Part shown: positions 39,275-51,216 of the stretch, in pieces | Layout of the letters: each line of letters starts with the position of its first letter | How positions within the stretch are numbered: the first letter of the stretch is position 1 | Assembly (NCBI RefSeq): GCF_009834535.1 | Contig: NC_045722.1 | Span: 11,222,001 to 11,286,000 of the forward strand | Direction: 5' to 3' | DNA length: 64,000 bases | DNA from: Camelus ferus | Taxonomy: Eukaryota | Made by a program: the position numbers and the translations under genes | Notes under the pieces: generated by a model | The model's database searches: none | Told to the model about the DNA's origin: nothing | Seen by the model: only the letters and a program-made list of their open reading frames with translations

Positions 39275-42200
39275 CTACAGCAGGGGTGCAGAGGCAGGGC
39301 AGAGGGTGAGATCCTGGGCCTTGGCTGCTCTGTTTCCAGAGTCTAGCATGGAGGGCAAGGTGCATTCAATCCATAAGCCACTTACCACTCTTTCCCGTTG
39401 CAGAAGATGGCCCTGGCTTGGGGTTAAAGAGGATGACACTCGTCCTGCCAGGGCTTGGTTTATGGCTTCTAGTCTTCTGCTGGCTTGGCCTTCTGCAGTG
39501 GAAACATGGGTCCCCCTGAGTTGATATTCACAGAAGAGATTTGCTCACCTCTTTCCCAACTGTTGCCCAGTTCCCAACACAGAGGAATGGCATCCCATGC
39601 TTCCCTACAGCATCAGTACCACGCTGTATTGTAATTGGTGTGTTTACTTGTCCACATCCCTGTTACTGTTTATTGAGTGCTGTGGACTGTATTTCTGCTA
39701 TTTCTATAACCAGGGTCTAGTACATAGGAGGTAAATAAATGGGTCCAGTACCTTCCTCATTCCCACACTGCTGGAAGTGCCATATAATATTTTGGAAGCA
39801 TCCCAGCTGTAATGTTTGCTAGTGGGAATTTGCACGAGTCAGAGTGACCAAAGCTGGTTTTGCATACTTACGGCTCGTAAGGCTGACTCTGGCACTGGGA
39901 AAATAGTGCCTTCCAGATGTCTTCATTGACAATGAACAGAGGCCGATGGCTGCTGGAGCTTTTATCCAGTTGAAGTTCTTGGGCTGCAGATGGCACCAGG
40001 AATGATGTGGAACTGCAGCATTCATGCTTGACGGTGGCCCTAAGATCCTGGGGATCAACTCGTGGGGCTGAACTGGATGCAGGAAGTGAGGAACCTGCTC
40101 TTTGGCAGCCCTTCTCAGGAGGACCAATGGGACCAAACTCACAGATTGCAGTTCTTGACTGCCCAGCCTGTCCTGGTGAAATCTAGGCTAGAGGAGAAGA
40201 GCAGCCCCTTACCACATTTCTTGTGAGTCTGGATGGAATGGTGGAAGAAAATAGATAACTGAAAGAAATCTCTTCTAGGCTGTGGCCACTGTTTAACCAG
40301 CTACTCCTTTAGGGTTCAACAAAAACAGAGGACCCAACAGGTTTTCTACTAGCCGAGGGAACAGTGAATTCGGCAGCTGTTTTGTTGGCCCAAAACTGTT
40401 TACTTTTCTCCCATTAGAGCCATGGCACTGGCAGTGATAGGGACGAATTACACAGAGGCCACTGAGGGTGGTGGCCTTGTTAGTTGTCAGTCATGAGTTT
40501 GGGTTACTGCAAGACAGGAATATAGAGAACAAGTCTCTTGTAAGTGAGGAGGTTGGGAGCTGCACTTTGCTGGATGTCATTACTAAAAACAAGGGAGCTT
40601 GGGAACAGATGCAAAAGGAACCAACAGACCCTTTCCCAAGGTCCAGCATACCCTGCTTTCCCAGGCTCCACTGCCAGATACCATCACATTAGCCTCCTTG
40701 GCTGTGGCCACCACCATGTGCCAGTATAGCCCTTGTTCCCTTGTTCTGTGAGAGGCTGTGTAGGGACTCTCACCCGATACTTGTGAAGTTTTTTCTGGCC
40801 CTGGTGGCTGGGGTGCAGAATGCGGGTGAGCTGCTCTACAATACCCAGACTTCGGATGAGATTTTCCCTTTGTAGCAGGGCCTTCATCCGCTCCAGCTCC
40901 TCCTCTTCCACAATTTCTTGAGGCTGCATGGTGTCCAGGTGTACTGGTGGCAGCTGCAAGGTACATGAGAGATGAATGCAGGATCTCCAATGAGTCCCCT
41001 ATCATCCACAAGGATGGCTGCAAGACTCCTGCCCGCTCTATCTTTGTCCCTTCCCTGACCTTAGTGGGAGGGTCCCTTTGCTATCCACTCTCTCACCTCC
41101 TGTTCCAAAAAGTCAGATTCAGTGTACTGATTAGGAACTCATCTCTCTTGTACAGGAGGAGAAGAGACTCCTCTTCTCTAGTAGTCCCAACCTGTTTTCC
41201 TGCAGAAAAGCAAGAGCCACAAAACCCCTGACACCTCTTTCTCCCGGTTCCGGTTCCTGTAAGCCAAGTGGGTGGAAAGGCTCCTGAGCCGGGCCCTGGA
41301 CTGGCTCTTCTCCCCTGCCGATTCACCCTGGTTCTGGTCCTTGTTTTCCTTTCGTCTCTTATTGCCTGAGGTCTCCTGCTGTTCCTGCTTAAGGCGGATC
41401 TCTTCCAGTTGCTGCCTGACAAGACATAGCAGCTTCAGATACTGGAGAAATTGTGTTCGGGAGAAGAGGGGTGAGGGAAAATAGGGATGGGGAGAAAGCA
41501 GGAAATTATGATCTGCTCTGAGGACTGATGGGAAAGGAAGGAGGGGGAAGATGGGAAAGCCTACTAAACTGAGTCATTAAGAGTCTGATAGAATTTATAA
41601 CTCCATTCCTCTTTCCTCAAGTATCTGGCTTCCTCTCCACCCTGCAGAGGAGCAGTTCAGCTTCAGGATTTGCCCCCACACAAGTGGACAGAGGAGAGTG
41701 CAGGGCAAAGTACCTGGCACACTCCTCTCTGGCCTTGGAAGCAGCCGTCTCCTGGAAGAGGGAGCCATTGTGCTTGAAGAAGGGTGTATACTTCTCTGTG
41801 TTGGGCCCAGGGTAGATCCGCCGGTACCCCCCAAGGTGGGCATCCTCATAGCGTTCCTGGTCCAGCAGTGCTGCATGGGATGACTCACTTTGTTCTCGCC
41901 TATGGAAACCAAGCTCAGGGTGAGTCAGGGAAGGACTGTGAGAATGTTCAACAGGGAAAGGAAGGCTGGCTAAGGCATTGAGAACCTCCTGCTAGCTAAT
42001 GGCCTTTCTGGCCCCTGCCTGTGTGATGAAAGCTACCAGGCCCATCTATGGCCAGTCCCACCTGTGTGTATCCATGAAAACAGGCTTGACTTCCAGAAAT
42101 CTGGTTTTCATCATAAATATAAAGGCATCCATTCATAAACTAGCACTCCAAGTTATCATAATATTTTAGGTTTCTGATTACAGAGTAGTATATGTTAATT

Positions 42201-45200
42201 AAAGAAAATTTAGAAGAGCAGAAAGAAGCTAGAAACCTCTAATCTTACTATGAAATTAGCATATTGGCTATGAGCATGGACTCTGGGGCAGGACTTACTG
42301 AGTTTGAATCCTGCCTTGCCACTCACTTGTTCTTTATTCCTTCCTTTCCTTCCTTGTTTTAGAAGAAAATGGGATCATACAACATTTTAAAATGGCCTAG
42401 TATTCTAGTGAGTCTATGATTGTACTTTTATTAAGTCCAGTAGTTTTTAACCTTTTTTCCCCATTGAAAGGCATGATTCCTAACAGTCACATGCACCGTC
42501 AGTCTCATGGGAATACCTAGGGTATCTTACAGTTACACTTCACCTTTGTTCACACAAACATCTGAATGCCTGCTGTGTGCCAGGCCCTCAGGATATCACG
42601 GCAAATCAAATACACACTGGTCCTGCATATTGCAATGCAAGTGGTGAAGAGTGATGCTATTATAGAAATAATCCTAAATCGATTCCAGTTCATTTTTATT
42701 ATCATTAATGAATTATAATTTGGTGTCAGCAACAAATTACCATGTTTTAAACCCATCTTAAAATTAAACAACAGTGGGTAAACAATACTGATTTAAACAT
42801 TACCCTATTATTGAATAACTAAATGTTTTCTGTGTTTTTTCGTTATAAACTTTCTTAGGAAATGGTTTATAGAGGAGCTTTGTTTAAAAAAAAAATGGCC
42901 AATAAAACCACATAAAGTTCCTTATGTGCTAATACGAAATAGCTCTAAAATACATTGGGTACAGAGTGTGAGAAAGTTATGTTACTGTCTGGGTAGATAA
43001 AGGGAGAAAAACAGTTTATATAAATACACATATATATGTGCATAAATGTTTGTGAAAGTATATACATGACCCCAGAAACATTGATTGGCTCCAGGGAAGA
43101 AAACTGAGTAGTTGGAGGAGGGTAGGAGAGAGACTATTCACTGTGTCTTTTGAATTTTGAAGATATTATCTATGATACATGATGTATTATCTATGCAAGA
43201 AAATTGTTTTTAATAGCTAGTCAGCCCTAGGCTGCCGTCTCCATCTAGAGAAGGACTTATACTCTCAGGAAACTAATAGCAAGGAAGGTAAGTTACATGA
43301 CTAAACACATGTCAAACACCTGGAGCCCTTGGCTTCTCGTGGCTGTTGGTGGCACTGGAAAAGCCTCTCCTTGACTCGCCGCTTGTCCTCCTCTATCACC
43401 TTTCTTTTGTCACAGCCTCGGAGGTTGATAAGAGTCATGGCATCACAGAGAAGTGCATCCTTCACTTCCCGATCAAGGCGTGAGTCAGTGGTGAAGCTTG
43501 GAGAGTGGTTTACCTGCCAGGAGGAGTCATTATTCATCCCTCTCCTAGTCCACCTGAGCAGGTCATGATTCTTGCAGGCCCAGCTGGAGGGTCTAGGAGA
43601 CATCCCCCTCCAGTGGCCTCAACCAAGGAGTCTCAATGTTCTGACTTCCAAGGCTGAAGGACTCTGCCACAGAGAACCCTCCAACACACAGGCTGGTGAG
43701 GACAAATCAGACAGCCTGACTATAGCTATAGTGTCCTTAAAGGTAAGGCTTACATGAGGAACACTTGGGATCCAAAACCTGGATTGTTATGTGGAGACCA
43801 GAGACCACTAAGACTGGACTCAGCAGGTCAAAAGTGCAGAGGTATTACACTTTCTAGTTCCTGTCCACCCTTGTGCCTCTGTGTCCCCCATTCTCTGTTC
43901 CACCACCTGCGTACACTTCTATCCCAGGTGTCCTGTTCAGGGGTGGACCTTGGTTTTGTAAAGCCCAGGAGATAATCCTCACCTCCAGCAGCCAGGGCTT
44001 CAGCTTGTGGTCCAGCAAGATGTCAAAACCAAGGATCTCAAAACAGGCACATGTACCTCCACTCAGATATTGGGGAAAACAGGTTCGGTAGTTGTGGCGA
44101 AGAACAGAATGTGCTGAGATGATGGTTTTGATGATGATGTCCTCGATGTCCCCCCATAGCTCTTGGGGGTCGTAGCCATGCTCTCGCAGCCAGGTGTTGA
44201 GTGTTGACAGCTTCCTGTGAGGCCCAGTGCTCAGAGGAAGACCAGTGGGGACTAATGCTAACCCTAATTCCATGTGTCGGTTTCTTGTGCTTTAAAGGGC
44301 TGCCATGAGCTTGGAGCAGGGCTTAGTTACAGGGTGGGGTTTGGGGCTGCCCTTGGTGGTCAGGCACAGTACAGGGGTCTATAAAGGCTGAGCCAGCTCA
44401 ACCTCACATGAGCCATCTCAGTTTCATGGGCTGCTGAGACTGTGGGGCTAAAGGACAGAGAAAGAGGAGAAAACAGAGTAGGGCATACCTCTTACTGCCC
44501 ACAGCATCATCCCGGACAAAATTCTCATTGTGTTTGTTGATAGCATAGTTGGTCAGGTGCATGCAGACGTCATCCTGGGAAGACAGTGGCCATGTGGTCT
44601 CAGACTGCTTCCACTCAACTCTCCTCTCCAGCCCTTTGTTGCCTTTTGATTGCCCTCCCCTCCCCAGGATGGCTCATCTCCTGTCCCTCTTCACCAAGGA
44701 CTGTCCTGTAAGCTGGGGAGAAGAGTGTGCCATTCCTGCAGGCATGGCCTTTCTGCAGTCACCACCCCCTGAATGCTCTCCTCCCAGCTAGGTGCTGAGG
44801 TGCTCACAGGCTTCACTGCCTGTTCATGCATGATAAGTTAGCTGCGAGACAAGCCTCTACCTGGTTTTTCCATAGAACCTCAGCACTACTGGCAGTGGAA
44901 GAGAAGAGAGTGCTGCCCCGCCTCCCAGCACTGCCACCTGGCCCCTCACCAGGTTGTTGTGGCTGCGCTCCATGTAGGGCATGGTGGCAAAGCGGGCCAG
45001 GCCCTCCTCATACATGAAGATCCGAAGAGGGTCACAGGATGTGATCAGGACGTAGATTCGCATATCAAACTTGAAGCCGTCAATGAGGAAGGGCTGAGAG
45101 CATGCAAATCCACCGGGGAAAAATAATAATACAGTGGTCCCTCAGTATCTGCAGGGGATTGGCTCCAGGACACCTCAGGGATACCAAAATCCATGAATCT

Positions 45201-47174
45201 CATATAAAGTGGCATAGTACAGTCAGCCCTCCATAGCCACAGTTTCCACATCTGTGGCTATGGAGGGCTGACTGTACTTTTTAAGTACTTAATATGTTCC
45301 ACCAACTGTTGTAAGTGCTTCAAATACATAATAACTCATTTAATTTTCACAATAACCATATAAAGTAGTTACTGTTTTTATACCCACTAATAAATGAAGA
45401 AACTGAGGCGTGGAAAAGTTAAGAAATTTGCTCAAGATCACAACATATCTAGAAAGTAAAAAAACTCAGATTCAGAGCAGGTTGGCTCCACACTGCCTCC
45501 AAGATTGACATGGGATAGCAGGAAGGGTGGAGGCCTAAAACTAGCCTCCCTGGCTTTGGGAAAGATGGGGCACCCCAGTGCTGGCAGAGGGACCTGGTGG
45601 TACTGAGGCACCCTTCACCTTGGAGATGTACTGCTGGCAGATCATATGCTCTCCTGGCTTGATCTCCCGTGGATTTCGGGTGATGAAGATGCCACGTCCC
45701 TGGCAGCCACTGTCTGGCTTGCAGATATAAGTGCGGATTTTTCGCTGACGACCATAGGACTGGAAGTCCCCGTAGCTATGTGCAGAGAGGGGCTGGTCAG
45801 AGGGTTTCTGTGCATGATGGCTGGTCAGAGGGTTTCTGTGCATGATGGCTGTCCCTGTGGACTTCTTCCTGTTATCCAGTCTATGCTCTTGCTGGAGTAC
45901 TCAGTCTCACACCTACTTTTCTTTTCCTTTTTTTCCCCCTGGGTTTTTTTTTTAAGTTGAAGTATAGTCGATGTACAATATTATATAAGTTATTGTTGAT
46001 GTACAATATTATATAAGGTATACAATATAGTATATTCACAATTTGTAAAGGTTACGCTCCATTTATAGTTCTTATAAAATACTGGCTATATTCCCTGCGT
46101 TGTACAATATATTCTTGTAGCTTATTTTATACATAGTAGTTTGAGACCTACTTTTCTTTAACCAGCCCAAACTCTCCTACTTCCATCCATCTAAGACATT
46201 CTAGGTCCCAAGGCCAGAGTCTGGTGAGAACTGAGTTGGTGAACCCTTTCCTCCCCAAGTATCTCAACCTGGGGAGTATCACTCACTCTGCGGGGAGGCA
46301 CCAGGTGCGGGGGAAGATGTTGTACTCTGTAGGATAGAGTTTCTGCATGCGGTTGAGGTTCCGAGCCAGCAGATCTTTGCGGCAGATTTCTGTCATGCCA
46401 GGGAAGTGGTTGATTTTCTGAAACAGAGCCAGTTGGTTATACTACCCACCAGAGTAAAGGGCAGTTCCTGGGGCCTGGGCATCCCAGGTACCAGTGGAGA
46501 AGGACTGGGAAGGTCAAGGCAGAAGTCACAGTGGAGGTAAACACTGCACCTAGTACCCCAACGGAGAAAGGGAAGGTTCCCTAAGGTAGGTGAGAATCTG
46601 TCCATTGGCCTCTCCCCCAAACACACATACACAGAAAGGTTAGGAAATGAGGGGCAGTGAGAAGGGCTAGCCAGGACTTTGGGCCTTTCAGCCACCTTGT
46701 AACATCCCTCAGACTACCAGGGCCCAGTCCTGTAGGAATAACTGGTGTGTGTTGGCACAAAGCAAATGCGAAAACATTTCCCCAAGGAGAAAGGAAACTA
46801 AGAACCAGCTCCAGGGAATGGGCGGCCCTGGCACTCCCAGAAGGCAAGGCGTTGCCATGGTGGAACCCCCACTGCTCGGCCTGCAGTGCATGGTGCTGGG
46901 AGGCTCAGTGCTCTTGCACTGGCTTTCCCCCGCACTAGCTATGTGAACACGTATTCCTGAACCTATGTCCTTAACATAAAGAGTATCTTTAAAATTTTTT
47001 AAAATTTATTTTTCATAAGGCTATTTTTTTGAGAATTTATTGACATGAGAATGAAAAAGCACTTAACAGTGTCTGCTGTGTAATGAACCCTCAATAATGC
47101 TGTTACTGTTACCCTCATCTTACAACTGCTCCCTGCCTGCCCTTTCTTTGGGGCTTCTTGAGTATGTCTAGCCG

Positions 47175-47219
<45 letters not shown>

Positions 47220-49333
47220 ATCTCTCAGGATCTTCTCCCATGATTTGTGGGCACATTACAGTCTCAGCTCCCTGCTTAGCTTCATCTCAAAATAAGCTTG
47301 CAGACATTTTAAAATTATTTTACTGCGAACCACCACAAAGACCAGAGGGTAACAAAAATACCGATAAGAAGTAATAGTCTGCTTGTGGACCCTGGTCCAT
47401 CTTTCCTGACTTTCTCACTGCTGTGCAGGACCCCACACTGACTCTTAATGGATGCGGAAGCTAGGCTGAGCTGCTTAGAAGGCTGGATCATTTAGCTGGC
47501 TCTACTGTTAGCTCTGAGCTGCCTCCCAATCTTCCCCCTAGGATAGGCTCACCCGCCCTGGAGGGTGCCAGCTGAGCACAGATGCTTCCAGGTAAGCGGC
47601 AAATATTGAGATAGAATGTGCCCAGCAGACACTTCCTTCAGATAACAAAAGTACCAGAGGCCCAAGAAGAAAATATTTCCTTTGGTTTAGAAGCCCCTGG
47701 CTATGATCTCTCCTACTCTATACAAGGGTACAGCCACCCAGAGTGGCAGCCTCAGGTGCCTGGGCAGAAAGATACAAGTCGTCATTCTGGAGTGGTAGTC
47801 CCTTTAGGATCTGGGGTGGGGAGGTTGTACCTGAAACCTCTTCATGTCCATGACTCGTTCCAGTGAAACAGAGCAGTCTGTCCAGTACACTGTCCACTCT
47901 TCGTCCTCCCCCACCTCTTTCAGGCCACACATTTGGGCTGCTCGACGCACTGTGGAGAGAGGGAGGTCAGTGGAGCCAGCCTGGGCACTGGTAACAAGCT
48001 CTGGGACTGTAGCTGGGTCGGGTCAGGAACAGACCTGACCAGAGAGTGGGTTGGAGAGGGGGATAGTTCTTACCTCAGCTCCACACTCTAGTTACCATGT
48101 GACAGTTCCAAGCTCATGAGGCTGTCAGGGCCCTTCCAAAATCTGTGACAGAAAACTAGAGCCTAGCTCCCTGTCCTTGTCAGTCTTCTATCTCAATTAG
48201 GATAGTTTCTGACCCATAGAGCTGACCCTTAGTAGGGGTCACACTGGCGCCTCACACTCTGGGGGTCCCCTTGTATGATGCCTGGGTTGGGGGGATAAGG
48301 GGAGTTAGAAATGACTGACCTAACTGGTGATTTTTTTTTAATTGCTGAAACGCCCTCAAAATCTGAGTTGAAAAAACAGTTTTAACCTGGTTTCATCTTA
48401 TGTCTGGTAAAATCTAGGAACAGTGGAGCAATGATGACCCTCAGTCATTCTCTTGTTGTTGTTAGCCAACTGTGGAGATTCCTGCCCTGCCACTGAGACA
48501 AACTCGAACTATGATGTTTCAACTGCCTGTAGCTGAGCCAGGAGGCTCAGTACAGGTTATAGACCAGCCTCAGCCTAACGAGATCTGGGGGCTGGGAGCA
48601 GCTTGGAGGACCATCTCCAGGGTGAAAGCCACAGCCCTAAGTGCCCTCTTATGCCCAGTGGCGTGAGTGACGAGCTGGGTGCTTACCACTCTCATACTTG
48701 CAGTTGGTCAGGTTGATGGCCAAGGGTCTGGAATGGAGGAAGAGCAGAAATCAGGAAGAGTGGAAGAGAAGGATAGACCCTGGGCTGCCAGGCACCCCAA
48801 TAAAGAGACACCCAACAAATGCACAGTGCAATTCATTTTCTCTAGAAGCCATTCAAAGGAAAGGCCAGGATGATATCAACTTGCTGAAATTCTAAACTAG
48901 ACAAGCCCAAATTGTTCTGAATTTTCTTTGTTTTTGTAGTATCAAAAGGTTAATGATCTCCTGTATGCCCTGTCCTCTTTCCTAGGCTAAAGGGAAGACC
49001 TTGGATCCCAGCTGTTGAAGGGCAGGGGATGACTCTGGAGCTAAGCAAGTGAGGGGGTCCAGGGAACCATTACCTGTGTTTCCGCCTTTTCTTTCTCCTC
49101 CCAACTTCTACGTCATCTGGGTCAGCTGGGGTTATGACTTTCTTTGGTATTTTCTTGGCTACAACGGATAAGGCAACTCCATTCATAAATGCATTGCAGT
49201 CAGCTTTTGAGAGTGCCTGCTGAGAAGGGTTAGAAGGGGTGGTACCTTCCCCTTTAACACATTCCTCCTCAGATCCCTCCTCTTCAACATAGTCTTCCTC
49301 TGATTCACTGGTCTTACAGGTACTTGGCTCCAT
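39275..49333 (-). CDS. TTLL13: Tubulin polyglutamylase TTLL13, apparently intact, 14 coding exons, 814 aa
   Basis: Exons: 49333-49074, 48727-48687, 47949-47831, 46417-46287, 45775-45619, 45093-44950, 44574-44489, 44214-43983, 43513-43320, 41899-41714, 41415-41235, 40953-40774, 40187-39872, 39492-39275. Total 2445 nt, phase-consistent. TTL-domain motifs [36 protein letters not shown] and [26 protein letters not shown] are present. The exon 9 donor and the last two exons are less certain. Confidence 0.9.
45132..45278 (+). mobile_element. MER2/Tigger-type (TcMar) non-autonomous DNA transposon, internally deleted
   Basis: ta|cagtggtccctcagtatctgcaggggattggctccaggac...ggataccaaaatcc...ggagggctgactg|ta, with TA flanks and MER2-like termini. 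Confidence 0.8.
45290..45480 (-). mobile_element. MIR SINE
   Basis: taactcatttaattttcacaataacc...gaagaaactgaggcgtggaaaagttaag...gctcaagatcacaac. Confidence 0.75.
45935..46145 (-). mobile_element. LINE-1 extreme 3' end with TSD
   Basis: polyT + aagttgaagtatagtcgatgtacaatatt...; TSD acctacttttctt on both sides; contains a short internal tandem duplication (gatgtacaatattatataag x2). Confidence 0.85.
47177..47227. repeat. (CT)n microsatellite
   Basis: Direct read of the sequence. Confidence 0.9.
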
Positions 49334-49370
49334 CCTTTTAGATTCTGAAGGGAGAGGGGTGGGAGTGAAA

Positions 49371-49468
49371 TATATATATATATATAGATGTCAGACCTCC
49401 CGTATGTGTGTATGTATGTATGTATGTATGTATGTATGTATGTATGTATGTATGTATGTATGTATATG
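49371..49468. repeat. (TA)n and (TATG)n microsatellites just upstream of the first TTLL13 coding exon
   Basis: Direct read of the sequence. Confidence 0.9.
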
Positions 49469-49879
49469 GATGTCAGGCCTCCCGCCAGGCCCGGGAAGGC
49501 CTGCAGAAATCCAGCTAAGGACCTTCATTGTGTTATAAGGAATGTTGCTGCTCCTTCAGAACAGAACAGTCCCACTACAGAATGCGATGTTTCCAAGTAG
49601 GTAATGGGGTCTGTGGTTTGCCCGTGAGATGTTGGATTCGCTGACAAGCCCCCATCATCCAAGATCACTCCAAATAACATTCTAGGAAGCATTCAGGGGC
49701 TGATCTGAGCTGGCAGCGACCATGACCATAGCTTTTTTATTCTTCCATGTGATGGTGGATGGCTGGGGCGCTGGGGCGGGGAGGGGGTGCTTTGCTTTTA
49801 AAACAGAGCTGAAGACCAAAGATCGCCTAGGCCAGCCTTTTCCCTGTCCCACGACTCAGTTTCTCTATATGCACTGGGG

Positions 49880-50460
49880 CCAGGCACCCAATGGCCAAGA
49901 CCCCTTGGGCTCTGAGAGCAAAGGGGGAGCCCCCGACAGACACCGCCCACCCGAGGTTCCGAGGAGGAGGAGCTGCTGGGTCTGCCCCTATCGGCCTGGT
50001 GCTGGACTCAGCTGGTCGTTCATGTCCGCCCTTCAGCTGGCTCTTGCTTCTTCTTGGGCGTTGCTGGTCCTCCGGAGCCGCCTCCTTGTTCCACAGGACT
50101 GGTTGTCCCGGCCAATCGCGAGGGGGAGCCCGCTCCCCACTGCGCCTGGGGTTCGTGCCTAGCTCGGAGATCCCGGCGGCGGCGGCGCCTCCTTCACCAA
50201 GCCGGCAGCCGCCGCCGCCGCCGTCGCCATGGACACGAGGGAGGCTCCCATTAGAGCAGCGTTCTGGGGGCGGGGCCTCCCCGAAAGCCACACCCACCTG
50301 GGCGCCCGCCGAGGCCATCTTGGGCGGGGGCTGGCGGTGGAATCAAGCCCGCGGCCCGCGAGGCCGAATTCCTGCTGTAGCTGACCGGATGCATAATGGG
50401 ACTTGCAGTCTTTCCGCTTTCACGCCGGTTCGCTCAAGCCCTACCCAGATCCTTTCCTTG
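49880..50460 (-). promoter_or_regulatory. CpG island with (GCC)n runs: probable TTLL13 promoter and non-coding first exon
   Basis: Dense CpG about 600 nt upstream of the first coding exon. That exon has an acceptor at 49345 (cttcag|aatctaaaaggATG), so an upstream exon is required; candidate donor CGG|gtgggc at 49950. Confidence 0.65.
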
Positions 50461-51096
50461 AACCCACAGGCCAAGCACCGGATTTGGCCAAGTCGTGCTC
50501 GGGACAAATACCTGCTTGCCTTTCTTCATTTTTTTAAAATTACCATGTCTTGAGCACAGTCTCAGCACTTAACGAGGGACGGTCGTGATTAGCACCCATG
50601 CCCTCAAGGTGCTCATCAGACTTCACTGTGGTCTCTTCCTGACGTCCAGCCACTTTGACTTCTGATCACCACCTCTACCAAACTCAGCCCAATTTGTCAT
50701 TTTAAGTTCATCCCACGTGCCTAAATCTAGACGACACTTAAAATTTTTCCCACCTTTAAAAAGACATGGTCATTTTTCATTCATAGACTTTTTGAACTTG
50801 TTTGTGACCCGAGGATGGGGGACGGGCACCTGTAAAGACATCATCTCTGTTACCCTCTCCTAGAGATGCTTCTAAGTCCCTTACCTTCCAGGACACACGT
50901 TTTTCTTACTCTTTCAACAAGCAGTGTTCCAGGCACTGTTCTAGTACCTGAACCGTCATTTCTTGCCTGAATTTTCACCATTCATCAACCTCTTAACTGG
51001 ATTCCCTGATTCTGTTCTTCCCTGCTGCATCCATTCATTCACTGCAGCTTAAGTATCCTTTCTAAAATGTAAACTTGCTGCTCCCCAATTTAAAAC

Positions 51097-51216
51097 TTTT
51101 TTTTTTAACGGAGGGAGGTAATTAGGTTTATTTATTTAGTATAGGTACTGGGAATTGAACCCAGGACCTCATGCATGCTAGGCATGCACTCTACCACTGA
51201 GCTATATCCTCCTCCC
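51097..51216 (-). mobile_element. Camelid tRNA-derived SINE
   Basis: polyT + ggagggaggtaattaggtttatttattt...ctctaccactgagctatatcctcctccc. Confidence 0.88.

Noticed and set aside
39819-39871. TTLL13 ending at the stop at 39819 (ORF-track reading)
   Set aside because: A consensus donor (C|gtaagt, 39871) and a phase-compatible downstream exon give a better model; it could still be an intron-retention isoform.
49891-50553. 220-aa plus-strand ORF and a Kozak-perfect gccgccATGG at 50229
   Set aside because: Low-complexity GC-rich frames; the ATG at 50229 opens only 51 codons with no recognisable homology.
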